From contig CALJJF010000124.1 of the NCBI GenBank assembly GCA_937973935.1, positions 1 through 35,619 of the forward strand: a stretch of DNA of 35,619 nucleotides, written 5' to 3'. The stretch's first letter is position 1; each line of letters begins with the position of its first letter. The position numbers and the translations under genes are program-made. The notes below the pieces were generated by a model. It did not search any database and was not told the DNA's origin. It saw nothing but the letters and a program-made list of their open reading frames with translations. This stretch comes from an uncultured Clostridia bacterium (GTDB lineage: Bacteria > Bacillota > Clostridia > Oscillospirales > Acutalibacteraceae). Positions 34,003 to 35,619 of this stretch are shown here, one piece after another.

Positions 34003-34488
34003 ATGAAAACCAATCACAGTTCAGAAGCAAATCATCAAAGGTACATTGAAATCGAGGGTCAGCAAATCCCAGTTACAGAAGAGGTCTACCGCGCTTACAA
34101 GCGCCCGGCGTGGGCGGAACACAAACGCAAAGAACGGGAAAAACGCTGCATCAGCGAAAACGGAAGCCGTTGCAACAAAGACTGCAGTAAGTGTGACAAA
34201 CAGCGGACAGGCAGTGTCCTCTCACTGGACAAATTCACAGAGGATGGGTTTGAAATTGCCGAACCCATTGACCTTGCTGAATTGGTAGCGGACAAGCTGC
34301 TCCTCAAAGAGCTGTATGCCGCTTTGGATGAACTCGACCCGGACAACCGCAGAATTATGGAGCTATTCAGTATCGGTAAGTCTGAGCGTGAAATCGCAGC
34401 GGATATCGGGCTTTCGCAAAAAGCCATTAATAAAAGGAAAACAAAGTTATTTTCACAGCTTCGAGAACACCTTAAAGATTTTATTTGA
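34003..34488 (+). CDS. Sigma-70 region-4-type DNA-binding protein (mobile-element sigma-like factor)
   Basis: The C-terminus LDPDNRRIMELFSIGKSEREIAADIGLSQKAINKRKTKLFSQLREHL is a sigma-70 r4/LuxR-like HTH. The N-terminal region is Cys-rich. RBS AAGGAG lies 10 nt upstream. Confidence 0.75.
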   Translation: MKTNHSSEANHQRYIEIEGQQIPVTEEVYRAYKRPAWAEHKRKEREKRCISENGSRCNKDCSKCDKQRTGSVLSLDKFTEDGFEIAEPIDLAELVADKLLLKELYAALDELDPDNRRIMELFSIGKSEREIAADIGLSQKAINKRKTKLFSQLREHLKDFI

Positions 34489-34490
34489 TT

Positions 34491-34601
34491 TTGGTACTCA
34501 AAATGCCCTCTGGTGTCCTGTGGATATCAGAGGGCAACACCAAAAAAGAATTTTAAACTTGGTACTCAAACTTCCATCTTCTGTCCTGTGGATGGTGAGG
34601 G
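34491..34601 (+). repeat. Two tandem copies (68-bp period) of a TTGGTACTCAAA...GTCCTGTGGAT..GAGGG element, each containing a hairpin
   Basis: Unit 1 is at 34491-34534 and includes CCCTCTGgtgtcctgtggatatCAGAGGG. Unit 2 is at 34559-34601 and includes CCATCttctgtcctgtGGATGG. Confidence 0.7.
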
Positions 34602-34633
34602 AGATAAACGGCCCTCAGAACGGAGGTTCAAAA

Positions 34634-34807
34634 ATGCAGACACAGAAAAAACAAAACGACACTGAAATTCGTGATTGCGGGATAGACGAGGAACTGGCAG
34701 ATGTCCTCACTGCAATCAGTGTGGTGTCAAAACGACTCGCCCGAAAGCTGACGATGCTTTCACGGCAGGAGAAAGCAAAAAAGGAAGGAGGAAAAACGGA
34801 TGAGTAA
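34634..34807 (+). CDS. Small hypothetical protein (57 aa)
   Basis: GGAGG lies 8 nt before the ATG at 34634. The protein is MQTQKKQNDTEIRDCGIDEELADVLTAISVVSKRLARKL.... The longer track ORF from 34316 runs through the sigma gene 3' end and the repeat region. Confidence 0.5.
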   Translation: MQTQKKQNDTEIRDCGIDEELADVLTAISVVSKRLARKLTMLSRQEKAKKEGGKTDE

Positions 34808-35132
34808 GATAAGTGAACTTTCCCTTGCGGTATCGGAACTGAAGCGTTGTGGTGAAGCACTAATTGGAATATCAGAATCACTGTCTGACTTTTTTAGTGG
34901 CAGTGGTGGATTCGAAGTAGCTGAACAACCACAGCAGCAAGTTTCAGCCCCGGAAGAAAAGCCAATCACCCTTGAAGCAGTCAGAGCCGTTCTTGCGGAA
35001 AAGAGCCGCGCCGGTCATACCGCAGAGGTTCGTGTGCTGCTTGAGAAGCACGGTGCCGGAAAGCTGTCGGAAATCGACCCTTCAAAATATTCGGCATTGC
35101 TGGCTGAAGCCGAGGTGCTGGGAAATGGGTAA
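34800..35132 (+). CDS. Hypothetical protein of the mobile-element early region
   Basis: The 110-aa ORF has RBS AAGGAAGGAGG. It overlaps both neighbouring genes by 8 nt, which indicates coupling. Confidence 0.6.
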   Translation: MSKISELSLAVSELKRCGEALIGISESLSDFFSGSGGFEVAEQPQQQVSAPEEKPITLEAVRAVLAEKSRAGHTAEVRVLLEKHGAGKLSEIDPSKYSALLAEAEVLGNG

Positions 35133-35619
35133 ACACGCTCTCCTCTCGGCTTCCGCGTCACACAGGTGGCTGAATTGTCCTCCTTCCGTAAGGCTCTGCG
35201 AGAGTTACGAGGACAAAGGCAGTGACTATGCCGCTGAAGGAACGGACGCACACACTCTCTGTGAGTATAAGCTGAAAACTGCTCTCGGCATTGATGCAAA
35301 AGACCCCACCATCAGCCTCACCTACTACAACGAGGAAATGGAGGATTGTGCAAATGGTTATGCCGCCTACATCCTTGAACTGGTTGAATCGGCAAAGCAG
35401 AATTGCGCCGACCCAGTTATCCTCATCGAGCAAAGGCTGGACTTCTCAAGGTATGTTGAGGGCGGTTTCGGCACCGGCGACTGCGTGGTCATCTCAGACG
35501 GTACGCTCCACATCGTGGATTATAAACATGGGCAGGGTGTTCTGGTGGAAGCAGAGAACAATCCGCAGATGAAACTGTATGCGCTGGGCGCCTTGGAAAT
35601 CTTTGATGGTATCTACGAC
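35125..35619 (+). CDS. DUF2800-family PD-(D/E)XK nuclease (partial, continues past the right edge)
   Basis: My own translation: MGKHALLSASASHRWLNCPPSVRLCE...AAEGTDAHTLCEY...GTGDCVVISDGTLHIVDYKHGQGVLVEAENNPQMKLYALGA. SASxxxRWxxCP and D...DYK.G are the DUF2800 hallmarks. The ORF is absent from the track because it has no stop within the window. Confidence 0.8.
   Translation, partial: MGKHALLSASASHRWLNCPPSVRLCESYEDKGSDYAAEGTDAHTLCEYKLKTALGIDAKDPTISLTYYNEEMEDCANGYAAYILELVESAKQNCADPVILIEQRLDFSRYVEGGFGTGDCVVISDGTLHIVDYKHGQGVLVEAENNPQMKLYALGALEIFDGIYD

Larger units (their letters stand above)
32290..35619 (+). mobile_element. Regulatory/early module of an integrated phage-like or conjugative element, extending beyond the window
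   Basis: The XRE plus ImmA pair, zinc-ribbon protein, sigma-like factor, small coupled ORFs and DUF2800 nuclease form a recurrent early-region gene order in Firmicute integrative elements. No integrase or att site is visible, so the limits are undefined. Confidence 0.55.

Noticed and set aside
34316-34807. 163-aa ORF overlapping the sigma-like gene's 3' end
   Set aside because: It runs out of frame through the sigma gene and the tandem-repeat region. Only the last 57 codons, from ATG 34634 behind GGAGG, look like a gene.

Overview
The window looks like a spore-forming Firmicute of Clostridia type, judging by an alpha/beta SASP gene and GGAGG-type ribosome-binding sites. All domain calls below are by-eye motif recognition; no searches were run.

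**1-12 kb, ordinary chromosome.**
- A PAS-GGDEF gene broken by one frameshift.
- The carboxynorspermidine dehydrogenase/decarboxylase pair for spermidine synthesis.
- One long plus-strand metal cluster with two complete ZnuABC/AdcABC-type importers. They are separated by a Fur-family (Zur-like) repressor and a small CxxC membrane protein.
- A CC-motif lipoprotein, a DUF3842 gene and a SASP gene follow.

**12-19 kb, minus-strand patchwork of accessory genes with signs of decay.**
- Decay remnants: an FG-GAP fragment and a truncated DUF1801 gene.
- Intact genes: a long RelA/SpoT-domain (alarmone-synthetase-like) protein, an AraC/GyrI regulator, an Arr-type ADP-ribosyltransferase with an extra N-terminal domain, DUF2200, GNAT, DUF1697 and a small cytidine/blasticidin-deaminase-like protein.

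**19.1-32.1 kb, the stand-out.** This is a visibly more AT-rich, tightly packed eight-gene minus-strand operon. In order it encodes an XRE HTH, a C5 DNA methyltransferase, an unknown 309-aa protein, a ParB/Srx-like 428-aa protein, an SNF2 helicase, a DUF3883 protein, a 1529-aa giant with a GHKL ATPase head and DUF3883 tail, and a TM/coiled-coil protein. It reads as a methylation-linked, multi-ATPase anti-phage system. I cannot assign it to BREX, DISARM, Dnd/Ssp, Dpd or classical type I-IV R-M.

**32.3 kb to the right edge.** The operon lies divergently against the XRE/ImmA switch, zinc-ribbon, sigma-like and DUF2800 genes of an integrated phage-like or conjugative element that continues past the window.

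No rRNA, tRNA or CRISPR array was recognised.
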